Shown in pieces: positions 15,569 to 24,744 of a stretch of 31,739 bases of DNA. Position 1 is the first letter of the stretch. Every line of letters starts with the position of its first letter. The position numbers were made by a program, and so were the translations under genes. A model generated the notes under the pieces. That model worked only from the letters and a program-made list of their open reading frames with translations. It did not search any database and was not told the DNA's origin. This stretch comes from a virus. Lineage: Duplodnaviria; Caudoviricetes. Where the stretch lies: IMG/VR virus record IMGVR_UViG_3300020043_002259, positions 1-31,739 of that record. One strand, 5' to 3'.

Positions 15569-16369
15569 TTATGCCTTGCCCATTGCTGCGCCAGCAACAG
15601 CACCACCAAGTTGCATTGCAGAACCAATTAGAGCAGTTCTGTTAGCGGCAGAAGCAGCAGCGGCTTGAGTTCTAGCCATTTGGTTTTGTGCTGCAATGTC
15701 TGCTGCCATTTGGCTCTCAGGCTGGAACTGGCGACCTGCCATAAGTCCGCTTGATTGGCCAAGAACTCCACCCAAGGTTTGCAGGGTAGTTGGAGCATAA
15801 ACGCTTTGATAATACTGAGGAACGCCAGAGGCTTCCATTTGTGCGGCAATGTTCTGAGCCTGCGACAATCGTTGCTGCTCACGCATCTGGCCAAGGTTGT
15901 ATTGGTTAAGAATCTCAGAACCAATAGCTCTGTTGCTAGTTCCCATTCCACGGGAAGCATACGCTGCCCTAGCCTGTTGCTGAGCAATACGCTGTTCCTC
16001 TGGACTAATTTGGCTACCAAGGGCGAGACCTTGCTCTGCCTGACGCTGCAAACCTTGAAGCAAAGCCTGCGATCCTGCTGCTTCACGGAAACCTTGCACA
16101 AACCCAGGCATTTGAGCCTGCTGCATGGCAATGTTCTGGTCTGACAACTGACGCTGAAGGTCAATAATTGGCTGGGACTGCTGCCCGTAAATGTCAGTCA
16201 TTCCTCTGGCAGCTTGGCCAAGTTGAGCAATGTTAAGCTCAGTAAACTGAGGCTGATATTGCCGTTCTGCTGCCAAAACGCGAGGCATCAACTTGATCTG
16301 AGTCTTTAGAGCATCGCTCATGATGCTGCCATAACTAGGTGGCTTAGGAGTATCAACTTTTGTTCCCAT
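15569..16369 (-). CDS. Putative internal virion / DNA transfer protein (P22 gp7-like position)
   Basis: MG...PKPP N-terminus, Q/A-rich helices, ASRGMGTS motif, Gly/Ala hydrophobic C-terminus. Confidence 0.6.
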   Translation of the reverse strand: MGTKVDTPKPPSYGSIMSDALKTQIKLMPRVLAAERQYQPQFTELNIAQLGQAARGMTDIYGQQSQPIIDLQRQLSDQNIAMQQAQMPGFVQGFREAAGSQALLQGLQRQAEQGLALGSQISPEEQRIAQQQARAAYASRGMGTSNRAIGSEILNQYNLGQMREQQRLSQAQNIAAQMEASGVPQYYQSVYAPTTLQTLGGVLGQSSGLMAGRQFQPESQMAADIAAQNQMARTQAAAASAANRTALIGSAMQLGGAVAGAAMGKA

Positions 16370-16374
16370 GATTT

Positions 16375-16707
16375 TTACTTGTTAAGTTTAGAAAAGAATT
16401 GTTTTGAGTCGTAGCACCTAAAGCTGTCTTGCCCATGCCTTTGGAATACTAGCTTATCCATTGGCTCAGGGCAATGCTTAACCATATCGGAAAGATCGCC
16501 TGCTGCCAAATGAACAAACCAAGCGTTAGGATGCTCTGCAAAGAAGTCTGGAAACTCACCGTCCCAAAGGCACTTCCTGATTAGGAAAAAGCACTTCTGC
16601 GAGCTGTAAACAATCCCACAGTTAAGATAGGAACCAATGAGGCTTTCAATGCTCTCTGAATCAGGGAAGCATTGCAGCCACAAAGATGCCTTTTGCCAGG
16701 GAAGCAT
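16375..16707 (-). CDS. Hypothetical protein, possibly degenerate GNAT fold
   Basis: Sits between tail and internal proteins, where podoviruses often carry a GNAT-like gene; AWFVHLAAG strand; TAATG coupling. Confidence 0.5.
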   Translation of the reverse strand: MLPWQKASLWLQCFPDSESIESLIGSYLNCGIVYSSQKCFFLIRKCLWDGEFPDFFAEHPNAWFVHLAAGDLSDMVKHCPEPMDKLVFQRHGQDSFRCYDSKQFFSKLNK

Positions 16708-18014
16708 TACCAAATTGCAGTAAAGTGCATTTCACCAAGAGTCAGATCGGATGCAAATGATCCAGTTTGCGCCCACACTCCGAATCCGTTTACAGTTTTG
16801 AGCAGGGAAGCAGAAAGATAACCGCTTTGTGAGCTATTTTGCAATGCCGATGTTGATGCTCCTCCTGTTTGTTTCATTACATTTCCTGTAACAATATAAG
16901 AATCAGCAGACGGAGGCTTGTTTGTAAAGTTAACTTGAACTGATCGCATATCAGTTCTTCCGTAAGCAGAATAAACATTGTTGCCAGCTAAGACTGCGTA
17001 CTGATACCAATATATGTCAATGTTAGTTTGCGCCGTAGTCGTTGCTGTTGTGATTGTGAAAGTGTTAGCATCAATAACGCTGGCAACAGCATACCATGCA
17101 GAGGTGATTCCACTTCCAACAAACCAGGCAACATCGTTAACACGGAATCCGTGATTTGTATAGGTGATTGTTGCTGTACTTGATCCAGTTGCCCTAGTAT
17201 ATTTTCCGTTAATTGTGGTTGGAGTTGCAAACGAAATGTTACCCCAAGCCATAATCACTGAGGCGTTAACTGAACGAAGCTTTCCAGAATCGCTAGAGTC
17301 CTTAATCAACACTTCATCGCCAGCACCCTGATTGATCGTCTTGGTTTTAACTGCAATGTCGCCTTGGATAGTTCCAGCCAAGGTTGACTGAACTGTTGCA
17401 GTGCGCTCATACCAGGAGACATTTCCAGAGGTTTCCCCACTGTCCGCAACGGTAATGACAAAGGTGTTCGTTGTTACGCTGGAAACTGCGTAAGAACCAC
17501 TCAAAGCGGTATTGTTGTCAATGACAAACCAACGGGTGTTGCCATTGCTCAGTCCGTGACCATTTGAGGTTACAGTGAGTGTAGTGGTCGTCCTGCTGTA
17601 TAGTCCAGTGACAGCAGCAGTGCCAATAGTGGAATTGTTGTTAAAGGCAGCAATTCCTCCAACTGTCATTGCAGCGTTAACGGTTGCGGTATCTGTGGAA
17701 GCATCTCCAAGCGTGGTGTTGCCGTTAACCGTTAAATTGGTTCCGATTGTAGCGGTTCCAGTAGTGGAAAAATCAACTGCCGTTGTTCCGCTAGGAAGAC
17801 CAGCAGCAAGATTAGTCACGCTTACCTTCCTAACTGATCCTGCGCTAATGTCATTGATCAGAAGCTCATCTTGACCTTCAATGCCAGTGGTAAGGTCAGA
17901 CCTTGCACCAATGAAATCTGGAAGCGGAGTAGCGTCAACAACATGGTTGGTTAGCGCAGATGCGGTGAGAACATCACCAGTAACAAAGGATTGAGTGGAA
18001 TGTAGAGTTGCCAT
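16707..18014 (-). CDS. Tail fibre protein
   Basis: Thr/Ser/Gly-rich; G.LTV.GNTTLGD fibre repeats; two TxT...HG....G.Y.V..V....TF.I modules. Confidence 0.7.
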   Translation of the reverse strand: MATLHSTQSFVTGDVLTASALTNHVVDATPLPDFIGARSDLTTGIEGQDELLINDISAGSVRKVSVTNLAAGLPSGTTAVDFSTTGTATIGTNLTVNGNTTLGDASTDTATVNAAMTVGGIAAFNNNSTIGTAAVTGLYSRTTTTLTVTSNGHGLSNGNTRWFVIDNNTALSGSYAVSSVTTNTFVITVADSGETSGNVSWYERTATVQSTLAGTIQGDIAVKTKTINQGAGDEVLIKDSSDSGKLRSVNASVIMAWGNISFATPTTINGKYTRATGSSTATITYTNHGFRVNDVAWFVGSGITSAWYAVASVIDANTFTITTATTTAQTNIDIYWYQYAVLAGNNVYSAYGRTDMRSVQVNFTNKPPSADSYIVTGNVMKQTGGASTSALQNSSQSGYLSASLLKTVNGFGVWAQTGSFASDLTLGEMHFTAIW

Positions 18015-18016
18015 GA

Positions 18017-19882
18017 TTATTCAGAAGAGACAAAGTTGCGTCCAGCGATCACACCGTCAACAGTTAAGCCACGAATTGTTGGCCTGCCAGAGTTGACTTG
18101 AAACTTAATGTCAATTGCATAAGCACGATGGGCAATCTTTGCCCTAATGCTCTTTTCCTCAACGGAATTGCTGTTAACCGTAAGCAGTTTAGTTGACTGG
18201 TCTGGATTGTAGCTTAGTGCGGAAATGTCAATCGAGGATGATGCGTCAAGGATTCCATCAACCTGCAATCCGCTGAACCGTTTTTGGTCTAAAGACTTGA
18301 AAGTGTAACGCCTGGTGATCAATTGCCCGTCAACATTCGCTGTTGCTGCTCCTTCGGTAAAGGTGCAGGTTACAGGATCATCAAGCTGTCCAGTGCCAAG
18401 AATCGGCGTTCCGCTTCCATCATTAACAAAGTCCTTGGCAGCAGATTCACACAAGAAGAAATGCCTGAGGCAAATGGCGTACATCTGCCGCTTGTTCTCA
18501 AAGGTTGCTTGCAGGAAAAGCTTCGGGCTAAATGCCGTTGGGTAAATGTCAATAGACTCCCAAGCCTTGTTAAGCAGGGAATACACTAGAACAGCGTTGT
18601 TCGTAGTGTCTGAATCAAGCGGCACTGAGATGTAGTAACGGTTATTGAAGAACAAACCACAGGATGCCGAAACATAATTGGTATTGATCCTCTCGATAAT
18701 GTCGCTAATTCCATCGGAAAGAGGCATTTGGTCTCCAACCAGCTTGAGGTCAAGCGCAGTGTTAAGTTGGTAAACGCCACGATCTGACAGGAAAAACACG
18801 CTTTGGCCTGCAACTTGAATGGTTCTACGAGCAGAGCAACCAAACTGAGTTGTCAGAGTGTTAATCTCGGAAGAAGTATCAATTCCCCTGTCAATCGTTG
18901 TCGTTGTAATCGCAGGAGGCGGAAGGAAAGCATAGTAAATGCTATTCCTCTTGAAAATCAGGAAGCTGTTCTCTTGGTATGGAGTAAACCCTACGATGTA
19001 GTCATTGTCACCTTGGTTAATCTTGAACTGGTCAAGACTCACATCAAAGACATTTGACTCATAGTAGTTTGATGCTGCGATTTCGTCCCTGCTGACGCAA
19101 AGGACAATGCGACCTTGGAAATACAGCCCAAAGTCTGCTGGAGGCATACAAACCGAATCTCCACCTTGAAGGTAAGGGTACTGAGTTGCTGTTTCTTGAG
19201 GAACTACGCTAACTGTGCTGCCATCAAACACCAACGGAGCTTTAGCCTTAACGCAAGTAAATGTGTCATGGTTGATGCTTCCGCTTCCATTTGAGGTGTA
19301 TGTAAACACCGTTGAGCTTGTGACGGTAATCACATACGATCCGCTTGCCGTGTGGTGGCCTGGGACATAGATGATGATTTCATCACCAGTTGCATATCCA
19401 TGCGGATTAGTGCAGGTAATTGTTACAACAGCACCAGTCCTAGAAACACATCCAGATACACCAGATTGAGAAATCTCAGCATTCCTGCTATAACCTCGCA
19501 GGATGTAAACCTTGTTTTCGGCTTGGAAGCAATCAACTGGATCAGTTGTTGAGATCGTCCTTCCAGTAGGGAAGTTAATCTTGGAAGAAGTAAGCTTCGT
19601 TCCTGTGGTGTAGGTGTAAAGCCCGTCAGTTGATACCAGAACGATTTGCTGCGTTCCGTCAGTCTTGGTGTATTCGCAGCCTCCAAGGATTTGAACATTG
19701 CCTGTTACTAGGCTTGGAACAGTCAAATCAGTGCAACCAGAGCGAACCTTAGCTTCCCCACGGTCAAAGCGGAAGTTTTGAGCATACCTAGCAACACCAG
19801 CAGTGAGAATCGTAGGGTTTTCTCGGCTATTAAAACCGATAAATCCCTGCTCTCCGTCAATCTGGAATGGTATGTTTGCCAT
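18017..19882 (-). CDS. Tail tube/nozzle protein (tail tubular protein B / P22 gp10-like)
   Basis: 621 aa, beta-rich; F.G.N...N.RF..G....R.G N-terminus, LIFKRNSIY, GC.A..TI...G..VFFLSDRGVY motifs. Confidence 0.75.
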   Translation of the reverse strand: MANIPFQIDGEQGFIGFNSRENPTILTAGVARYAQNFRFDRGEAKVRSGCTDLTVPSLVTGNVQILGGCEYTKTDGTQQIVLVSTDGLYTYTTGTKLTSSKINFPTGRTISTTDPVDCFQAENKVYILRGYSRNAEISQSGVSGCVSRTGAVVTITCTNPHGYATGDEIIIYVPGHHTASGSYVITVTSSTVFTYTSNGSGSINHDTFTCVKAKAPLVFDGSTVSVVPQETATQYPYLQGGDSVCMPPADFGLYFQGRIVLCVSRDEIAASNYYESNVFDVSLDQFKINQGDNDYIVGFTPYQENSFLIFKRNSIYYAFLPPPAITTTTIDRGIDTSSEINTLTTQFGCSARRTIQVAGQSVFFLSDRGVYQLNTALDLKLVGDQMPLSDGISDIIERINTNYVSASCGLFFNNRYYISVPLDSDTTNNAVLVYSLLNKAWESIDIYPTAFSPKLFLQATFENKRQMYAICLRHFFLCESAAKDFVNDGSGTPILGTGQLDDPVTCTFTEGAATANVDGQLITRRYTFKSLDQKRFSGLQVDGILDASSSIDISALSYNPDQSTKLLTVNSNSVEEKSIRAKIAHRAYAIDIKFQVNSGRPTIRGLTVDGVIAGRNFVSSE

Positions 19883-20361
19883 TAAACTAGTTTATTTACA
19901 TCAAAGTTAACTGCTTCCATCTTTGCCCGCAACTCAGCCAAGGTCTTCCCAAAGGTGACTTGGAAGTGTGGGGTATCCTTAAACTTAACCCAAGTTCCAC
20001 CCCACTCAATACCATGTTTTGCTGCTATTTTGCCAATCTCGGCGTAAAGCTTGTCTGCCTGAGCTGGGCTAGAAGAATCGAGGTACTTGCCAGCCTTGAA
20101 CAGCCCAAGGTCAATGGCTAGACCGTAGTTGTGCCAAGAGCTTCCTGGCTTAGCGTTTGTCACGATTGGCCCAGGCTTAGTCCGTCCTTGAGCGTATAAC
20201 GCTGCCTGAGCCTGCCAAGACCTAAGACCACTGATTACCTCCACAGACACGCCTTGAGGGGCTAGAAACGCTTCTACAGCGCAAATAAACGGCTCAAAAG
20301 CCTTCTGAGCCTTCTTGTTTAGGCTACCAAGGTTTTCAATAGTTCTTTTTGTCCTTGGCAT
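19882..20361 (-). CDS. Endolysin, M15 family L-Ala-D-Glu peptidase (CwlK/Ply500-like)
   Basis: RS...Q..LYAQGRTKPG.IVTNA.PG.S.HNYGLA.D and WGG.W..FKD.PHFQ zinc-peptidase motifs. Confidence 0.92.
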   Translation of the reverse strand: MPRTKRTIENLGSLNKKAQKAFEPFICAVEAFLAPQGVSVEVISGLRSWQAQAALYAQGRTKPGPIVTNAKPGSSWHNYGLAIDLGLFKAGKYLDSSSPAQADKLYAEIGKIAAKHGIEWGGTWVKFKDTPHFQVTFGKTLAELRAKMEAVNFDVNKLV

Positions 20362-20443
20362 TGGGATCAATTAAGTAAAAAACGGCACAGACAAACAACA
20401 GCAAACCAAGGAACTCGAAAACGGCAAGCAGTAGTGCTGCCAT
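20336..20443 (-). CDS. Small single-TM protein in the lysis cassette (35 aa)
   Basis: Manual translation MAALLLAVFEFLGLLLFVCAVFYLIDPNAKDKKNY; starts immediately after the upstream stop. Confidence 0.5.
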   Translation of the reverse strand: MAALLLAVFEFLGLLLFVCAVFYLIDPNAKDKKNY

Positions 20444-20614
20444 TTACTTGTCCTTGGCTGCAATCAGGCCCAAACCAGCAAGGATTGCGGTGACCTGAGC
20501 AACAGGCTCAACGAGGCCAGGAACCCAAAATGTTGCGACAACAGAAAGGATGGAAGCAATGCCACCAATGGTAGTTTTCCAATTAGACTTAGCGTTAAGT
20601 AGGAATTTGCTCAT
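20444..20614 (-). CDS. Putative holin (2 TM, 56 aa)
   Basis: Manual translation MSKFLLNAKSNWKTTIGGIASILSVVATFWVPGLVEPVAQVTAILAGLGLIAAKDK; NWKTT...GL..AKD pattern; next to the endolysin. Confidence 0.65.
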   Translation of the reverse strand: MSKFLLNAKSNWKTTIGGIASILSVVATFWVPGLVEPVAQVTAILAGLGLIAAKDK

Positions 20615-20778
20615 TTTCGTAAGGATTTAATTGCTGAAAGACAACCTAGAACACCAGCGAATAGGCCGACTGTCATTGAGGCTAATTTAAGCCACATTTC
20701 AATGTCGGCAAGGCTCAGAGCAGCACCAAGAAGGGCAGCAACAGAACCAAGGAAAGGTTGGTGATCGTGATTATTCAT
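20611..20778 (-). CDS. Putative holin/antiholin (2 TM, 55 aa)
   Basis: Manual translation MNNHDHQPFLGSVAALLGAALSLADIEMWLKLASMTVGLFAGVLGCLSAIKSLRK; coupled on both sides. Confidence 0.6.
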   Translation of the reverse strand: MNNHDHQPFLGSVAALLGAALSLADIEMWLKLASMTVGLFAGVLGCLSAIKSLRK

Positions 20779-21668
20779 TACCACCAGTTGATCGGAGTTG
20801 TTGGGAAGGTCACATTCGTGCCTGCCGTGTGAGAGGAAAGATTAGTTGCAGAAGTTGCACTGAGGTTTCCTGAGCCTCCTCCAATTACACCAATGCGGCA
20901 AGTTCCGTTGTTGGTTGAAATCGTTCCACTGTTTGCGTAAACACTTCCAGATGACGAGTTAGTGACAATTGTGGCCGTATTGGTCGAAACAATTGAATCA
21001 TTTGTTGTCACCGTTCCTCCGTTGCTAGTAATCGAGCCAGAGTTAGTTGTGACTACACCACCGTTAAAACCAAGTGTGCAGCCACTATGAACAGTGGCAA
21101 TCGTTCCATAATTGTTATCAATGCTGGCGTAAAGATTGGTCACAGTGTAACCACCTGGAATATCAGCAATTTGATACTCGTTGGTAGTACTACCACCAGT
21201 GTAACGAGTTGAAATTGTGCCGCTGTTTGTGACAACATTTCCATAATTGTCAACAATTAGTGAACCAGATTGGTTGTCGTTTACAGTTGCGCCTCCTTGG
21301 TTAGAAGTGATAGTAGCACCGTTTTTATTATTGGTTACAGTTCCAAAATTAGCTGAAACAAAAGCTCCAGACTCATTATCGTGTACTGTTCCTTGGTTGT
21401 CGCTAACTGTGCCTGAGTTTGATGTGACAACTCCTGATGAATTGTTTGTTACTGTCTTTGATGAGACATTGTTAGACAAAACGCCATTAACATAAAGTGT
21501 GGAATAGCTGAAATTACTTGTTGAACAAGTCTGCCCAGCGTCAATGTAGCAATCATCTGACGAACTTGGCGTGTAACCATTTGTTCCAGACCCACCAGAA
21601 CTATCCCACCAGTTGTTGGTGTTGAAAGGGTCTTGGTCTGCTGCGGAGTCGTAGAAGTATAGATTCAT
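20778..21668 (-). CDS. Beta-solenoid repeat protein, putative tailspike/receptor-binding protein
   Basis: Many NxG(T/S)(V/I)TT-type repeats; Asn/Thr/Ser/Gly-rich. Confidence 0.6.
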   Translation of the reverse strand: MNLYFYDSAADQDPFNTNNWWDSSGGSGTNGYTPSSSDDCYIDAGQTCSTSNFSYSTLYVNGVLSNNVSSKTVTNNSSGVVTSNSGTVSDNQGTVHDNESGAFVSANFGTVTNNKNGATITSNQGGATVNDNQSGSLIVDNYGNVVTNSGTISTRYTGGSTTNEYQIADIPGGYTVTNLYASIDNNYGTIATVHSGCTLGFNGGVVTTNSGSITSNGGTVTTNDSIVSTNTATIVTNSSSGSVYANSGTISTNNGTCRIGVIGGGSGNLSATSATNLSSHTAGTNVTFPTTPINWW

Positions 21669-22135
21669 TATGCGAACTCCAGGTTAGAGGTTAGCAACCA
21701 AGCACTTCCGCTGTAATACAGTTTCAACCTTCTAACGCTGCCAGATGCAACGGTTCCAGTGAAAGTCACGCCAGTTGGAACTGTAATTCCACTCAGCGTG
21801 ATGGTTCTTGCTCCACCGCTTGCTGTAAGCTGCACAGACATTTCCATGCCTTCCACAGGATTACTAGGAGCAGCAAGAGTAATGTTGCCAGTCATCGCAG
21901 CCTTCTGCGTGATGCCATTGTTGAGGTTCAGCGTGACTGTTCCAGTGCCAGTGTTTCCGTAGTCATAGACTACATTCAGCAAAGAACGAACCGTTCCAGC
22001 GTTATCTGCCTCAATAATAGAAGCACCAGTAGAAGTCAGAGTAAACTTCCTGTCTGCTCCCGATTGAGTCCCGTAAAACAAGCCACCAGTGGCAGCGGTT
22101 GCAGCCGTAAGGCTTGCTAGAGTTGAGTTTGGCAT
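21668..22135 (-). CDS. Tail fibre-associated structural protein
   Basis: TGNITLAAPSNP..G....QLT..GG.RTIT motif typical of fibre C-terminal beta domains. Confidence 0.6.
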   Translation of the reverse strand: MPNSTLASLTAATAATGGLFYGTQSGADRKFTLTSTGASIIEADNAGTVRSLLNVVYDYGNTGTGTVTLNLNNGITQKAAMTGNITLAAPSNPVEGMEMSVQLTASGGARTITLSGITVPTGVTFTGTVASGSVRRLKLYYSGSAWLLTSNLEFA

Positions 22136-22137
22136 GG

Positions 22138-22287
22138 TTAAGAGATGATCAGTTTAGAGGTTCCATCAGCAAGCAAAAGGAAGCTAGACCCATCTGCCAA
22201 CAGCAGAAAGAAGTCAGTAACAGGAGGCGGAGGATTGCTTGTTGCAATTCCAACAGAGTTTAGAGACAGAAAGCTTCCTAGAATCAT
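22138..22287 (-). CDS. Small structural peptide (49 aa)
   Basis: Manual translation MILGSFLSLNSVGIATSNPPPPVTDFFLLLADGSSFLLLADGTSKLIIS; duplicated FLLLADG motif; fills the gap. Confidence 0.65.
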   Translation of the reverse strand: MILGSFLSLNSVGIATSNPPPPVTDFFLLLADGSSFLLLADGTSKLIIS

Positions 22288-22293
22288 GTCTGA

Positions 22294-22557
22294 TTAAGGC
22301 AGCTTGTATGCACGAACCTTGCCACTGGTAAGGGTAAAGGCAGTGATGCCAAGACCGTTATAGATAACAGTGCCAGCAGGGATGGCAAAGCCAGTCATCA
22401 CATCACCAGACGACCCGTTTTCAGTGAATGCGCTAAAAGTAGCGTCAGAAAGGACTTGGATGGCATAGAACTTGCCAGTTACGGCATCGGTTCCAGTTTC
22501 AACGACTACTCCGTGACAGGCACCAGCGGCACCAGTGATGTTTACATTGTTAAGCAT
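22294..22557 (-). CDS. Small structural protein
   Basis: 87-aa beta-rich ORF; IPAG.VI.G...T..TLTSG.V.AY pattern. Confidence 0.65.
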   Translation of the reverse strand: MLNNVNITGAAGACHGVVVETGTDAVTGKFYAIQVLSDATFSAFTENGSSGDVMTGFAIPAGTVIYNGLGITAFTLTSGKVRAYKLP

Positions 22558-22569
22558 GATTTTATTTGG

Positions 22570-23331
22570 TTAATAGGTAAAAACTTGCATTCTGCGAACC
22601 TGACCCTCACTGCGAAGAACGCGATCAACCTGCATCATTTTTGCAGCTTCCGCTTCCTGCTCAGCAAGTGCAGCAGAATCAAACTGAGACTCAGAACGCA
22701 GATAGTCAGAAAACACTCCACGAACAAGCCAATCAGCGGTAAAGTATGGAATCTCGATCTTGCTCCACTTTGCAGCGGCAGTGTTTGGGCTTTCGCCTTG
22801 CGAGGTTGCTGCCAGGCAGGTGTAAAAGTTGCCAGTGCTGGCAGAAGTAGAGGAAGGCAAATAGCTTCCTGAGTTGGTTCCAGTGTCAAAGTAAACCTGT
22901 GCGCCAACAGAGTAATTTGCGGTTCCGCTAAACGGTTCACCGAACAGATTGATCACAGGCAAGCGGTACTCAATGAAGACTGGATCAACGGAGTCCATTA
23001 CAATCACTCTATCATTGGTTCCATCATTGTCCAAGTACCAGCGGACATTCGTTGCCCTTGAGGTCACCCTTGGATTGTATCGGTAAACATTCAGAATGTC
23101 TCCAAATCCAGCAGGGATGTTTACATACCTAATGTTGTCAACATCGGTCAAAACCGATTGCTGCGAGATTCGGCAAATGTCAGGCCAAGCCTCTTGTTCC
23201 CAAATGTCAGCAATTCGTTGGTTTGAAAAGTCACGAACCATGCGAAAGGTCGAGTCCTGGATGACAGTGCGATCCATTCCGCACAATGTCACTGCCCGAT
23301 AGAGAATCTCGCTGAAGTCAGTGGTTTTCAC
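22570..23331 (-). CDS. Head-tail adaptor (tail tubular protein A / P22 gp4-like)
   Basis: Position after the capsid gene; helical ends around a beta insert, including a Y.VG..V....NFY.C.......P....W carbohydrate-binding-like segment. Confidence 0.6.
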   Translation of the reverse strand: MKTTDFSEILYRAVTLCGMDRTVIQDSTFRMVRDFSNQRIADIWEQEAWPDICRISQQSVLTDVDNIRYVNIPAGFGDILNVYRYNPRVTSRATNVRWYLDNDGTNDRVIVMDSVDPVFIEYRLPVINLFGEPFSGTANYSVGAQVYFDTGTNSGSYLPSSTSASTGNFYTCLAATSQGESPNTAAAKWSKIEIPYFTADWLVRGVFSDYLRSESQFDSAALAEQEAEAAKMMQVDRVLRSEGQVRRMQVFTY

Positions 23332-23693
23332 GCAAACACCTTACGATACTTTACATTCCGTGTCGAGCTTTCTAGTCCAGAAGTCCAGCCAATCGAAATC
23401 TCTTTTGTTCCTCCAGAATTAACTTTGCAGTAAGGATTGGCTTTTGCGTAGTCTTTCCGAAACTGCTTGTCATTCCAACAATCATAACCAAGACGCTGGC
23501 CCCAATAGTGGAAGGAATCAGGGTCAATTCGCATCTCAAGTTGGCCAATTCCGTCAATTGACTTAGCTTTGCGTTGGTTAAGTTGACCAACGGCTTGAGC
23601 GTTAGCCTCTGCCATCACCTTCTGAAAGTTCCAACCCGTTCTAAATTCACGAATCAACTGATCGTGAAGTTCATCGGGTATTAGATCAATCAT
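23328..23693 (-). CDS. Hypothetical protein downstream of capsid gene
   Basis: 121-aa ORF; ATGA overlap with the next gene. Confidence 0.65.
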   Translation of the reverse strand: MIDLIPDELHDQLIREFRTGWNFQKVMAEANAQAVGQLNQRKAKSIDGIGQLEMRIDPDSFHYWGQRLGYDCWNDKQFRKDYAKANPYCKVNSGGTKEISIGWTSGLESSTRNVKYRKVFA

Positions 23694-23729
23694 AGGGTGA
23701 CGGCAGAGGGGTGTTACGCGATGCTAGGA

Positions 23730-24710
23730 TTACGAGGCGGCAGAGAACTTGCCCAGGCCAAGAGGGTTCTTGACCACCAGGCCAGCCACGGCCTTGATGA
23801 GCCGCGCAGGCCCGCCACCAGCATCAGGAAGTTCCGTCACTTCGGGCATATTGGTATAGCGAAGTTCCAGCAAGTCCATATCCAGCACATAGCCACGGAA
23901 GGCGTTAGGCAGGAAGGTGGAAGGGTGCAGGCGCAGGCTACCAAAGTCACCGTTGAACACATCAACCGAGGCGGAATACACATCGGATGAAGCGTCACGG
24001 TTCAAGGTACGGATGCTCTGATACTGGTTGGTTCCAGAAGCGGTGGTCGTGTACAGCAGGTTGCTGAAAGCGCGCTTCAGGCTAGTTCCAACCACGGTGT
24101 CATAGGTCTTGAACTGACCAGTCTGACCGTAGATGCTGGTCAACACGCCCTGAGCATCGGTTTCAGCGAAGGAACCAGTGGCAGTGGTGTTGATGCTGGC
24201 CGAAGGAGTGCGGAAAGCAGAGGGGACAGGGTTAAGAGCCTGCGCACCGTTCTGAATCCAGCTTCCAAGACCACGGGTAAGGTAAGGAACCGTACCGTTG
24301 TCAGCCTGCATATCATTGTCAGAGCTAACAGTAAGCTCCATGTCACGCTTCAAGAGCTTGATGCCCTTGGCGATCATGCCAGCGAGTTCATCGCGCAGAC
24401 CTGCAACGATCGAGACATCAACAGCCAGAGGCGAAACGCGGATAGCGCGTTGAAACACCTGGATGTAGTTGTTGATCAGCGCACGACCACTGTTAAGGTT
24501 TTCATAGCTGGAAACATCCACGCCGTCCACAGAACCAGTGGACTGAGGGGAAGGCATATTGTCAGCCTGCCACTGGAGCAGGGTGTTACCTGGCTTGGAA
24601 CCCTTGGGAACCATCGAGACGATGGGCGTATCCTTGGCATCAACCAAGGAGATGTAATCGGCAAGGTCTTCGCGCTTACCGACCTGACTGCGTTCAAAAA
24701 GAGCGGGCAT
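23730..24710 (-). CDS. Major capsid protein (DUF5309/SU10-like)
   Basis: G.REDL.D.I..V....TP, WQ.D, N..Q.F, ELA..I.K....LKRDME, DFG.L motifs; follows the scaffold gene. Confidence 0.88.
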   Translation of the reverse strand: MPALFERSQVGKREDLADYISLVDAKDTPIVSMVPKGSKPGNTLLQWQADNMPSPQSTGSVDGVDVSSYENLNSGRALINNYIQVFQRAIRVSPLAVDVSIVAGLRDELAGMIAKGIKLLKRDMELTVSSDNDMQADNGTVPYLTRGLGSWIQNGAQALNPVPSAFRTPSASINTTATGSFAETDAQGVLTSIYGQTGQFKTYDTVVGTSLKRAFSNLLYTTTASGTNQYQSIRTLNRDASSDVYSASVDVFNGDFGSLRLHPSTFLPNAFRGYVLDMDLLELRYTNMPEVTELPDAGGGPARLIKAVAGLVVKNPLGLGKFSAAS

Positions 24711-24744
24711 AGTAGTTTATTGAGTTGAGTTTTTTGGGTTTTGA

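Noticed and set aside
16707-22135. Diversity-generating retroelement acting on fibre genes
   Set aside because: No reverse transcriptase and no template/variable repeat pair seen in the window.
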